A stretch of 64,000 bases of DNA, from positions 107,074,001 to 107,138,000 of the forward strand of contig NC_135802.1 in the NCBI RefSeq assembly GCF_964213995.1. The letters run 5' to 3'. The translations under genes were made by a program, and so were the position numbers. A model generated the notes under the pieces. That model was not told where the DNA came from, did not search any database, and saw nothing but the letters and a program-made list of their open reading frames with translations. Position 1 is the stretch's first letter. Each line of letters starts with the position of its first letter. This document shows, in pieces, positions 12,201-24,561 of the stretch. The stretch comes from Mustelus asterias (lineage: Eukaryota).

Positions 12201-15200
12201 AAAGCACGAATGCTTCTTCATTTGTATATGAACACGACATGTTACAGTACATTCACTATAAGGGGAATAAATAGAAATGCATGTGTAGCAATATCGTCAT
12301 GCACGTGGTAACCTAATGTATTATTTTCATATTACCCAATAATCAAGCTGGATATAGCTTTTGTAGACTGGTTTTCTATTTCAATTATGTTTGCTGGATC
12401 TTACTTGTAGCGATCTAGTTAGCTATTATGGAGCTTCGTATGCAATCCTCTGCATTCTAAACATTACAATGAAGGCTTTTAATCGAAGTGTGAGAGAAAT
12501 GAATATACTAATATGGGTTCCAGGGATTGTATCATATTCATCTTTTATTTCTTGCATTTGTTTTGCATAATGTCATTTTGGTACTCGTTTTTTGCGAAAT
12601 TACCTGATCTTGAGCAGACAAACATTACAATGCAAGGAAGGTAATTGTTACTAGATAGCCTGCTATGAATTTCTCAGCACAGAAGCTTTGGTTGCAGCAT
12701 GAAATTGAGGACTCTTTTTAAGTCTTCCGGGAATGCAATCATTAATACCTTTTGCATTTACTTGAATGCAAGATATTGCAATAGAGAGTTGAAAAATTGT
12801 GTTGATATCTGTGCATCATACTATGGTTGGCACGGGGGAGAAAACACATGAACCCACTAAATAAATCGATTGTGTTTTTTATTACCAGAGATAAATCGTT
12901 TCCTAAACAAAGTAAAAGTAATTATCACCAGCTCACTTTTCTAATAATCATGTTATTTTATAACAATAGTGATGGCAATATGAATGGCGTATATATATTA
13001 TATGTGCATTAGTTAACATTATAGTTCTCAGGAAGGGGTGGACAAATTGGAGTTAATCTTTTAAGAAATGTGGACATAGAATCAAAGCACTAAAGTAATT
13101 CTTTTTTAAAATGTTTTTTCTGCCTTTTTTGTTATTGCTTCGTCCACTACCTGCAGTTGTAATATAAGCTTATTAATTTTGCACCATTTTTCCTCAGAGA
13201 TGTGTCATTAAAATGGCCTGCCTTTGGCATAGAATAAAACAAATATGCATGCGCCCTCCTCATTTTTGCCAAAATACGGAACTCGAATCGTGAGTTATTT
13301 CATTGCCCCAATAAAGGCTTTTCGTTGTTTAAATCTAAGAAGGAATGCGTTGAGGAAAAAGCGATAGATGGGAGAGAGAATTACAAGAAAAATGCATCTG
13401 CACACTCTGCGACTCGCCAGCAGAGCTCGCTTTAGACCAAGTTCACAGTCATTTTGTGTGAGCATGGACTGGAAGCTCATGCATCCATTGTTCTATCAGT
13501 GCAACAGAAAAGGACGGAAATACTAAAATAGACTCAAAAGCTTAATGCATTTGTTTTGTTTTTGTATACTATCTATAATTACATCGGCTGGCCGATGCAG
13601 TAAAAACTTACCCACTTTGGCACATCCAACTAAATAAAAGAGCACTTGAATAAACAGCTTGCAGACAGTTGAGGTTCATGCCATTTTTGAGTTTAAAGAA
13701 AGGTTTCCCTTATGGGGGGGACGGAATGGGGTGGGGGCAGACGAGGAGGGGGATGGGGACAGTGCCTCCAGCATTCCCAGACCTGAAATTAGCAGTACAT
13801 CATGAAAATAGTGAACGAAAGGGGATATTATTTCAGTCCTCAGCAGTGCTTTGAAAAGGGGCTCCCTGTACCGTGGTTGGTAGGGCGGTACAACTGTAGG
13901 TCAAAAAGTTGAGGGTCAAAAGTTTACGTTTTGCACGACTTGTAATCATCTGCACAGACAGAGTTTGATGTCAATGTTATAGCGCGATCTTGACTATCAG
14001 CACAAAAGATAAAATAGCTTTGAGTTACTCGTGTATCATACTATGGACTCCAGGTGAACCCGAGCGACTGAACGACCTCAATTACTGACGAAAGGAAAGA
14101 AAAAAAATATTCTTTTCATGATCGAGACACGTTGTATTTCATCTTGAAAAATCGACCACGGTAATTTTTCTATCTGCTGTGTATATGCAGCAGGTAAACT
14201 TTCAACAACTGTACCAAAAAAATTGAGACTTTTCCCACAAAAAAATCGAATTGTTTTATTTGGGTTTGCCCTTTTTCGCGTCGAATGTCGCATTAAAAAA
14301 AAGAGATTCGGATACAGCAGCAGTCCGCCTGTCCAAGTACATCAGCTAACAGTGCACACGGTCTGACTCAAGGAAAAGATCGACATCATTTAGGCTTCAC
14401 AGACATCCCCCCACATTCTGAATCTGTTTGAACAATGTAGAACCACTGGTACTAATTTAGAATGAAGGGACATTTCAAAAACATTTATGTTTGAACTGAG
14501 ATCTTGTTTGAATAATCTAATTTGAAATACAGTATATTGGGACAACTTTGTGTTTCTCCCAGTTCCGTATAAATACCACAAGTATACTCAAAGACTCACG
14601 GCGAGAGAAAAGCTTGCGTTTGAGAAGAAAGTCTCTGGTTTAAAATGCAGAAATAACATTTATTGAGATTCTCCACTTACTCGAGCCAATGGCTATCTAC
14701 GCATTCCCCTCCTTTTTTACTGACTGATAAACAGCAATATAAAAATCCATCAACACAATAATAGTGCTAACTTTATTCTTAATGCAAATGCAGTGTTGCA
14801 ATTTGATATTAGCCGTAACTCCTGGCATGAAAGGTAAACGATTGAAGCCCAAGCACAATGGTTTATGAGATTTTAGCATGCGAAAACAAGGGCACGTCTT
14901 GTTTGCGGCAGTAAATTCTTCAGAGATTATTGCAACCCGGATGTAACAGTTGCCACCAAACGTAATCATTTTGTTATACCTTTTCCGTTTAGTTGCAATC
15001 AAGATAAAAGTCAAATGCCTTTAAAGATGCTGAATAAGCCATTTGGGCTTACAGAATTTGAATGGTATATCACACTATTCTCTATATTACACACATTGCG
15101 AGGAACAAGATGCAAATCTCTTATATAGCTATTCCATGGGGCAACAGTATTGTTCTTCCACTCTGTAGAACTGGAAAATCTGTGCCTTCGAAAGCAAAAT

Positions 15201-16297
15201 AATTAGCACACAGGTAATAGGTCAATAAATAAAATATATGCAAAGACAAACGAAACTAATGTTTGTTACAAAATATACATCATACACTAAAAATTAAGGA
15301 AAGACAAATTATTTAATATCTGAGGCTGTATTAAATGCATTATTTAATAGCCGAAGAAGCCATCTTTATTCTGACTTCCATATGACACTTTGCAAAAAAT
15401 AAAATCAGATTTTACTTGAAATGGGCAATATTGCTTTAAAATACAGACTGTAGCACCTGTGTATCTATGGATAAATAGGAAGAGAGACATGATAGGGACA
15501 TAGACGGACGGTTAGAAAGGTCGTGGATTTAGATGAAAGAGGAATAGAGCATTTAGTAATAGCGGAGATAAAGAGAAAAACGTATCCATTGCAAATGATC
15601 TGACTTCTTTTTCTCCTGAGAAAGATGGAAAACGTACTCCAAACGAATAATTTCGTTTTGTTAATTTGACACTTGTTACTAGAATAGTTTGCAAAACATT
15701 AAAACGTATCCCTAAGCGGTAATATAATTGGTTAGGGTCGCTAGATTGCTGACATTTTTAAAGTTGTCACAGTTTTAAAACAGAAAATTCCACATTAAAG
15801 CCATGCTCCCCATTAAAAAATATTTTTAAGGATTCGATTTTTTTGACAAACAGAACAGCAGCCTGTGTAAGTTTGTGAACCCAGAGCACACGGACGGAGG
15901 CACCAATGAGAAGAATTTGAAATGAAATGCAGATGTATTGGTAAAACAAGGCCGTCCTTTGTGTAACTTTTTTTGCAAGTGAAATTAATTTTAAATTCCA
16001 AAAGCAAATTGTCTAATCACGACAGTCGTTAAATTTTGTTGAATATGCCCCCAATTAAGCTTTGCGCGGCTTATGAAACCAAACATTGCAAGTCTATTGA
16101 TTTTACTCCAAACCCTGAGTATCTTATTTACAAACATTTAAAAACGGTTACCGAGTGGGCTATTGAAACACTCAGAACTGCTTAGCACCCACGCATTTTG
16201 CTCAGTTTCCCCCTCCACAAAGGTAATGACCTGGGCAAAACACCCTGGTATTTGAAAGAGCACTATAGGCCTTTTAGAAATGGCTAAGTCCAAGGCC

Positions 16298-16316
16298 GAG
16301 GTGAAATTCAGGTCAC
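16298..16316 (+). promoter_or_regulatory. DR5 RARE 5' of HoxA4
   Basis: AGGTGA-aattc-AGGTCA (16299-16315) about 3 kb upstream of the HoxA4 ATG, matching the known Hox4 5' RARE. It sits within a conserved-looking block of about 16220-16420. Confidence 0.88.
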
Positions 16317-17329
16317 CGCGTCTAACAAATATGAAAATGTCGCCTCACGAATGGCACGCCTTGTTACTTAACAAAGACTGTCAATGTATAAGATTAATAA
16401 GAAATAAAATGCACACGGTGTCACTTTTCGGTCACTTCCAAACTTAGCTTAGCGTATCCCTTACGAAATCTCGTTTCATTGAATAAAATCTTTTGTTTTG
16501 TTTCCCGTGTTGAAGTCCAATAAACGCACAGTTGTGCAGCTCTGTGGGATGTGGTGCAAGCCTGCTCGAAGATGTATCTTCGAAATGTGCCATTTTATTT
16601 GTTTTATTTTGTTTGTGAGCTGGACACCGGCTGTTTCAGCCATATGCCCCAGATAGAATTGGAAACAATCAGATTTTCATCATGGTACAATCTATCTGAT
16701 AAATCCTGACCCGTGCTGATGGACTCAGTCGGTAAATGAAGAAATTATGACACTCCTCGTCATCTAAACTACTGATTTGCTGTTCGGAGGAGAATTTAAA
16801 CTGGTAACGTCTAATTTCTGATTTATTAAACCGCGAAACAAATCTCCCCCCACCCCCCCCCCTGCAAATAACTTGACTAATCTTTTTATGTAAAACCGAT
16901 TTCCTCATCTCGACACTCTCTAAAGTATAAATTTGATATAAACTCTTAAAACATACACGTTTTGCAAATGTCGTAAAACGCGTTAACTTTGCCTTTCGCT
17001 TTAAAATGGCTGTAAATCTACCCTTGCAGTAAAAATGTCAAATGTACACGCAGGCGAGGTAACACTTGGGGGTCCTGGCTCCATCGCTGTTTATTATGAA
17101 AAAAACTGCAGAGGCGAATGACCTGCATTTGCTGGTCAAGTAATGCCTTATGTTTATGCGATAAGAACCTTTATTTTGCATTTTTCTACAAAACGCTTAA
17201 ATACACATATTGGCCCAGCTAATTATTCGACTGCGCTATTTAGAGGCAAGTTACGTGGTCAGAGGAAAAAAGATGCACCCCATGCCTGTCAAGGAGAGAA
17301 GAAAGCACATTTTGGGAGTTAAATGTCAT

Positions 17330-17347
17330 GGGGGGGGGGGGGGGGGG
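17330..17347. repeat. G18 homopolymer
   Basis: 18 consecutive G. Confidence 0.9.
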
Positions 17348-19194
17348 CGCTTTTCTAAGCAAAAATAAAGTTTTTAGCAAAATCATTTGGATCCGTTTAC
17401 ATTATAAGACTTTCGCAGCTTTTTAAATTATATTATGAATGATCTAAATATAAACATTTACTCAAGATGTCCTTGGTGAATACAATAAAATTGTACAAAA
17501 TATTAGCACTGTTTCCATGCAGGTTTTCCCTTTGTACAGTGAGTGGTGGAAACAAACATCTGTTAATTACACTGGAAGTCAATTAATTTTGCTGTTCGAT
17601 ACTTAGTTGAAAGCATTCTAATGGACGATTATTCTGCGCATTAAAGTAGGGTAGTTGGTAAATGCACCCCAGAAACGATGTGTTGTGATTGTTGAAGAAG
17701 GTTCAGTCTGATTAAATGTTAGCTTGTGTGCCCGGATACAGTATATCGTCCAAACATTAAAACATTATGATGCATTCTTGATTGACAAGAACTCATGTTG
17801 TGAATCGATTATATTTCAGGAAAGAAGGCGTATTGCATATGGCTACTTTGAAAAAAATAATGTGCAGTGCACCTAAATTGTCACTTTTCTATTTGGTAAA
17901 TTTCACTCTGCGGACCGTTTGGGGTGGATAAGAATTCAAACCTAAAACATTATACAATTTTAATCACATTAAGTTATATGACCAGCCAATTAGCTTGCGA
18001 TTTTTTTTACGGCAGGTTATTTTTACTTCTTCTAAAATGAAGTCAACATTAGAAGGCTTTATCAATTATTGCTGGTATGTTTTGAGTTTCTGAAACGGAT
18101 TACGTTTCTTGATATAACAAATCATACTGCATGCAGATTTAATCGTGTGGTTGTAGTAGGGCACCTGAAATAGAACTGACGCATTTAACGTTCAGTTATT
18201 GAGTGTGTTTGAAAGGAGCGGTTTGTTCAAAATTCAAATAAACAATCAACAAAACGTTTGCCCAATGCTTTGGAATAGAGTTCTATGCAAATGAATCGTT
18301 TCACTGAATAGTTGTGATTTGCGCATTTTTAAAAGATAATATAATTAGTATCTACTTTTATTGGGTATCTCGACTAACAAAATGTTCGTTTCCATCATTT
18401 TACTTTATGAAGATCAATTAAAGCAGATCTGGAAAAAAATCTAATAGTAGAGTATTTCATTAGATAAGTCACATTACAATCGAACAATTAAATGATAACA
18501 TTTTTTAAAGAAGATTTATTACGCCAACAGTCTCAATTGATTACATAACGTTTATGTACATATGCAGTATATGGACAAAATCCTTTACTGTTGCCTGAGT
18601 TATTTAACACTTCGACCTGTACTTGGAATGTGCATTAAGTTCTTCAAACAGCTTTTCGGTCTGATCTAGGATTTTAAATTACTCGTGTTTTGACAACCAA
18701 ACCAGGTATTTTCACAATTTTGTGGGAATTCTTCTTGTAAACGATGCATCTTGGAATGCCTTTGACAGCAACCCTGCATTAGAAAGGACAAGCGAGTGCG
18801 TTGAACTCTCGTAATTATTTTCCCAATTGTTTAATCCAAACCGCACCCCCCCCCCCCCCACCACGAAAGCACTGAACCATGTTGTGTTGTACAGAAACAT
18901 TCTTAGAAAAGGGTAAACTATTTCAGACGATAGCAGATCTCTATTTAATACTGTCTTGTGATGTTTTCTCCGTCAACATGCATTTGCAAATATTTGCATT
19001 CGATAAAACATCATAATATCATTACCCATTTTAGATTATTTTAAAATGAGTGTCTTCCTGGTTGTTTGAATTTTCCTTTTCTATGCTACAACATAATTTC
19101 AGGGGAAACGAGATTTTGAATGATAATATGGAATTTTTGACTGGAGTCCATGCATTCATCATTGGTGTATTTCCTTATCCGGGGCCCACAGCCA

Positions 19195-19321
19195 CTCACC
19201 CCATTGGCTGCTTGCATCACATGAACAGCTAACTTTATACACTTGACAGCAAGTAGGAGGGTTTTATGGAACAGAAAAACGACAACGCGAGAAAAATTAG
19301 TATTTTGCACTTCAGAAATTA
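19195..19321 (+). promoter_or_regulatory. Conserved Hox4 promoter/5' leader
   Basis: CCATTGG (NF-Y) 19201-19207, CACATG E-box 19218, TGACAG, then GAAAAACGACAACGCGAGAAAAATTAGTATTTTGCAC, a leader motif typical of Hox4 paralogues. Confidence 0.8.
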
Positions 19322-19739
19322 ATGACCATGAGTTCGTTTTTGATAAACTCCAACTACGTTGAGCCAAAATTTCCACCTTGTGAGGAATATTCTCAAAATA
19401 ACTACATACCAAGCCAATCTCCTGAATACTACGAGCGGCCGCGGGACCCTGGATTCCATCATGAGGCACTATACCCACAATCAAACTACCCAGAGCCGAC
19501 CTACAGCTTCAACAATGTCCAAGGCACTGGCAACCAAGACATGTCGCAAAGGGGTCATGTGCAGTCGCAGGCTAGCCTCCAAAATCACATACCGAGACAG
19601 AATCAGCTTTGTGAAGTGGTCCCAATAGCCACACCAGCTTTGTGTAGCCAGAATGCGAAAACCCCCACTGCCCAGAAAGGTACTCTCAGCAAAGAGCCCA
19701 TAGTTTACCCGTGGATGAAGAAAATTCACGTTACTACCG
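19322..19739 (+). CDS. hoxa4: HoxA4 coding exon 1
   Basis: MTMSSFLINSNYVEPKFPPCEEYS is the Hox4 N-terminus in the MTM form typical of HoxA4. Hexapeptide VYPWMKKIHV. Donor G|GTAAGT at 19739/19740. Confidence 0.95.
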
Positions 19740-19821
19740 GTAAGTAACTAAAGCTAACCTGAAACAATTAAAATTCAATTGAAATCGGATGTGCGGAATC
19801 CTTTCTGTAACTAGCCCTTTC

Positions 19822-19885
19822 ATGAGATTTACGATCACCTAACTGTTAGGTCGGTAATTACAGCGCCCATAAATTTCATTGCCCT
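19822..19885 (+). promoter_or_regulatory. Hox4 intronic homeodomain-binding (HB1-type) element
   Basis: Clustered GATTTACGA, GTAATTAC and CCATAAA sites in the HoxA4 intron, as in the conserved Hox4 intron element. Confidence 0.75.
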
Positions 19886-20088
19886 GGATCTTGCTCCTGG
19901 CCATGTGCCTTTGATGCTTTTCTAACCTAAATACCCAGAGCCATTTTATTGCAGTAGATTGTTCGCCGTTGTCAGAACACTTTGAGAAAAGTCTTGTCTT
20001 TTAGAACCTTCATTCACGTGCATCTAATCCCATTGTCAGATTCGTGGCTGTATCTGTATTTATGTTTGGTTACTTTTGTTTTGTTCAG

Positions 20089-20414
20089 TGAACCCAAATT
20101 ACACTGGAGGAGAGCCCAAACGGTCTCGAACTGCTTACACGAGACAACAAGTCTTAGAGCTGGAGAAGGAGTTCCATTTTAACCGTTACCTAACCAGGCG
20201 TCGACGCATTGAGATTGCACACACTCTTTGCCTGTCTGAACGCCAGGTGAAGATCTGGTTTCAGAACAGAAGGATGAAATGGAAGAAAGATCATAAACTG
20301 CCTAACACTAAGATGCGTTCTGCTAGCTCATCATCTTCTACAAGCCAGCAAACACAAGTATCCTCCCAGGGCCCACAGCCAGATGGTTCAGCACCAAATT
20401 CATCAAGCCTATAG
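20089..20414 (+). CDS. hoxa4: HoxA4 coding exon 2 (homeodomain)
   Basis: Acceptor ttgttcag|[31 protein letters not shown]...[10 protein letters not shown] is a PG4 homeodomain. Spliced CDS 744 nt = 247 aa. Confidence 0.95.
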
Positions 20415-21191
20415 CTGCTTCGACTCTCCAACCCCTCTCCCACAACATAGTTTGGACCAAAATGTGTCTGCCACATAACTGACTTGAATGTGGAGGGATT
20501 TCTTGCAGTGAGAATTTTTTTCCAGGGTTGATGCTGTTAAACCCAAAAAGGGCAAGCATTTATGTTGTGTTAACCCATTCTCTGCAGACCTTCAAAGTGT
20601 TTTCTGTTTGATTGGGTGCATTCTGTATCCTTCATTACCTCCACATGAACTGATGCTAGGCTCTGTCAAAGTGGCTTCTTCCATGATATTCAAAGAAAAG
20701 AGATAAAAACGGACACTGAATAATAGATATTGTGAGGAAATGTAAGCGTCATAATCACAACTAGTGTAGTCTGTTGGAATATTTGTGAGAATTTAAGAAT
20801 AAATCTGTTTTAGAATATGAGAAAGGCAGCAATATGTGTGGATGTGGAAATGGTTTTAGAGCAAATAAACTGTCCCAGATGCTACATATATAGGAAATAA
20901 ATTATGTCGCCAGCGTTATTTAAGGTGTTTTTATTTTAAACCTGTATCCTCTATATAGTCGTGTTACTGATATCAGTATAACGAATGTGCAAGGATCTTA
21001 TCCAGAGATTTCAAACGAGTGGTTGTATATTTAACAATTTTGGTACAGTCCAAACTGTGACGAAACCGTACAAATCATTGGTAAGATTTGTGTATTTTTC
21101 TGTGGATATTTCAGTGTGCTATGTGCAGTGCCAAATGTTGCTAAAACGAGAGACATAAACGACAGTGTAAAAATGAAAGCCCTGGGCTTTA

Positions 21192-21197
21192 AATAAA
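21192..21197 (+). terminator. Candidate HoxA4 polyadenylation signal
   Basis: AATAAA about 780 nt after the stop. Other AATAAA hexamers exist at about 20798 and 20895. Confidence 0.35.
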
Positions 21198-23042
21198 ATG
21201 TTAATTCGTGGACCATCTCAGTTCTTATGTGTACGATTTACTTCAGTCAGGATTTAGCGAACACATGGCGAATTACTTTTTCGACTCCAAAACGTGGCTA
21301 TGCATTCAACTGACCTGTTTTGAATATATTCACATCCTTACTTTCAAACTAAAGCAATTTAACCTCCTCCCCCCACCGCCCATCAACCGCTACCCCCCCC
21401 CCCCTCCCCCAATTCCCATCTCGACCCCCACACTGCAAAATATCTGGTGGTTCTGAAGAATAACCGAGCGAAAGAGGTTAAATTACTGCCTGGATCTACA
21501 ATTCATCTTTCTACAGCCTTTCCACATCAAGTTCTACGTCACCGAGTCGTAAATAATGCAGTAAAATGTGAGGCGATCAAATAATAAGTCATCTATAAGA
21601 TGGCAAACACGGCCTTCTGTGGCCCTAGACGCTATTATTCTGGTCCTGGAATAAAGTGTAGCCATGTGGGATTATTTTTAATTTGCATCCTGTTGTGCTG
21701 TCTCATACTTTACATTATTTAACGTGGTAACGACATTCCAAATATAAAAAATATAATCATTGTTTATTTTATTATTTGTAATATATGGCTAATAAAATAT
21801 AAACTGCAGGACTAAATATTCGAATATATGCTGTGACTTCATTTTGTTAATCTTGGGGAATGGGCGCTAAACAATTAAATAGTTACTTCATTGAACATAA
21901 AATTGTAGCTAGTGACTTCTGGCATTGTGGACGATGATAATTCTAGTATGCTCCATGTTATTGATTGCTTGAAGACAGCACAAACATCAGGCTTCCAGAA
22001 AAAATAGTGGACATCGGAGGCTTCATTGTATCGCAAACAATGCACTTCTTTATAAACATCTTAGTGATTTTGATACATCTGTATGTCCCAGCAGCCATTT
22101 AAAGCTCACAGCATGAAAATTCGTTCATAGCTTTTCTTCTCCTCTTCAAATTGTACATATACTAGCTATAAGCACTACCAAGGCACAGAACGCATCACGT
22201 TAGCGATGGGCAAAATACACGTACGCTGTTCCTCTTAAAACTTGTTTAGAACTGAAATACCCTGCCATTATGTAAAATTACGCACAAATACTATTGTCCG
22301 AACTTTCGATAGGGATTATACGAAAATAGACTGAATTTTCACATTTAGCTCCTTGAGAGAAAAAAATAAACCCTGCTCGCGGCTGTAGAAATATTTTGTT
22401 CTTTTCTTACAATTAGCAAACAACAACTGCTAGCATGATCAGCATAGACATTCGTAAATATGTTTTGGATAACGATTTAGGACGACTGCAAAAGTATATG
22501 GAAAGACAAAGAATCGGACGATGAGAAAATTCGCCCCCATTAGTCAGTCGTGCTTGCTTATCTGTAAGAGGAATTTTAAACAGATTGAAAATACCAGATT
22601 TTGCTCGGAATCATTAATCACCTCATTCAATAAATACTTCTTTGTATACTTCAACAGCAAGTCTGAAGGGCGCTCTTTTGGAAAAGTGTGTGGACACATT
22701 GGATTCTCTTGAATAAAATGTGACTATCTCGACGAGCACCATGTTTTTCCCCCCTTGGAACAATCCTGGAGTTGCTTGCTAGCATTTTTTATTACCACAG
22801 AAAATTATAAGCACATATAGTCAAAGGGAAAAGGTAATTTATTTTATTCCAAGTCAGTTTTGAAAAGGAAAAGTTTATTAAAACTTAGCCCTCAAATGAC
22901 CAAACTTTAGGCGCCTTTAGTAAATGAAAACCCGTTTGCATCTTTATTTTCTTCCTCTTTGATGTTTTTGGTTTATTGTAAATCGAACGGTCTTTTGTAA
23001 TAAAAAGTTGCATTGTTTGTCAACGGCTGGGCAACCAGAGCG

Positions 23043-23068
23043 AGTTCACCAAGAGGACAGATTTTCTG
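23043..23068 (+). promoter_or_regulatory. DR5 RARE 3' of HoxA4 (Hox4 neural-enhancer type)
   Basis: AGTTCA-ccaag-AGGACA (23043-23059) followed by TTTTCTG, matching the RARE known 3' of Hoxa4/b4/d4. Confidence 0.85.
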
Positions 23069-23283
23069 ACCGATTAGCCGCTTTTAGCGGTGCAGTCTGA
23101 CCCCTCAAACCCTTGACCTTTAAAAAGATGGACAGTGCTCTTTCCACTATTTCCTATGCCTGCAGATAGGGGTTAAAATGTATCTTGTTATCAAAAAAAA
23201 CCTAGAAAAAGTCCCAAATAACTTTTTTTTAGAAAATCATGTTTAAATATGCGGCGATACAAAGAGCAAAGTTTATATATTTC

Positions 23284-23332
23284 TGTGTGTGTGTATATAT
23301 ATATATACATATACATTATGTGTGTGCACATA
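23284..23332. repeat. Compound (TG)n/(TA)n microsatellite
   Basis: tgtgtgtgtgtatatatatatatacatatacattatgtgtgtgcacata. Confidence 0.75.
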
Positions 23333-24333
23333 CAGTGCCGTTTGCTGTGTGGGACGTGCTTGTGAAAAGAGTGCTTGATGATAATTTATACCCAAGTTGC
23401 AAAACACAACCCTCGTGCGTTGTGAGAAACAATGCCTATTTTAAATGGTTTGGTTAATAACATTTTTGTAGTTAAAGGTTGTCATGATTTAAAAGAATGG
23501 ATCCAATCTCTCACTTGTTACAGTGAGTTGATTCTCCTATTGAGGAGTCTTCATTGTTCTGATTATTGAATAGAGGAATAACCAGTATGTTTTCTATCAA
23601 ATACAAATTTGCTTTCTATGAACTATATCTGCACTAATAGCTCTTTGGGGCCAGTATTTTGAAAATTCATAAGTAATTAATTTAATAAAATGCAGCATTT
23701 CTTTTGTTTACGCATGTGAAAATGTATGATTTAATTAAAATCAAAACACGACAGTGTGAGTTTAAAGCGCATCTAAAGCAGTGAGAGATTGCCACCAATC
23801 ATAAAAACTCATTGTGTGTATTTTAATCAACTATTTCTACAACGCAATGTTCGTTATTACCCTTAAAAAGACCAATTTATGCACCACCGTAATTATGGGC
23901 TCCTATTTGCCAGACAAAATGCAAAATCTAATCCACATTTGAGTGGTATAATAAAATATCGACTGTGGCTAGTGAGGGTCGATTTGGTGTCAAATTTAAC
24001 AGCCTTGGGGGGGATGTAAAGTCATATATGAAAGAGTTAGTCTTACATGTGACTTATATATGCGGGTTACTGTAACACTAAGCTTCAATATCAAACTGTC
24101 AGGCGGACAATAAAGACAGCTTGAAGAAATGCCCAAGAATATTGGACTGAGGCTGTTCGAACTATAGGTGACACAAATGGCAGACCTGTCAAATCTGGGA
24201 TCAAGCCAGGCCAGTCATTTTTGCATTATCACTTACCAGTAAGCATCCAAAGACTAAAAGAAAACCAGGACAATAAAGATTCAACTAAGAAGGGGAGCAA
24301 AAAGGGAAAAAAAACTCCACACTCCAAGATAAA

Positions 24334-24561
24334 GGGTCACGCGTCTCCTCTGTGTATGTATTGAAATTTTAATCTCCCCAGTCACGTGACTCATTAAATA
24401 ATTAATGCAGCCGGTCCGGAATAGATATGTAGTCGTCAGTATTCGCACTAGATCTGTTTCAGTCTGATGTGAAAATGAACTTTCCTTAAAAATAAGTCTA
24501 TAATTGGAAGACCTGTCTCAGAAAAGGAAGAGGCACAACTCAGGCACGAATTGTGGTGAGT
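24334..24561 (+). promoter_or_regulatory. Candidate distal HoxA3 promoter with untranslated first exon
   Basis: Palindromic GTCACGTGAC (24381-24390), homeodomain-type CATTAAAATAATTAATG, and a consensus donor G|GTGAGT at 24555/24556. Confidence 0.55.

Noticed and set aside
16400-19190. Expected syntenic slot for a miR-10 hairpin (between the 5' RARE and Hox4)
   Set aside because: No TACCCTGTAG or matching star arm found; TACCCTTGCAG at about 17019 is too weak.
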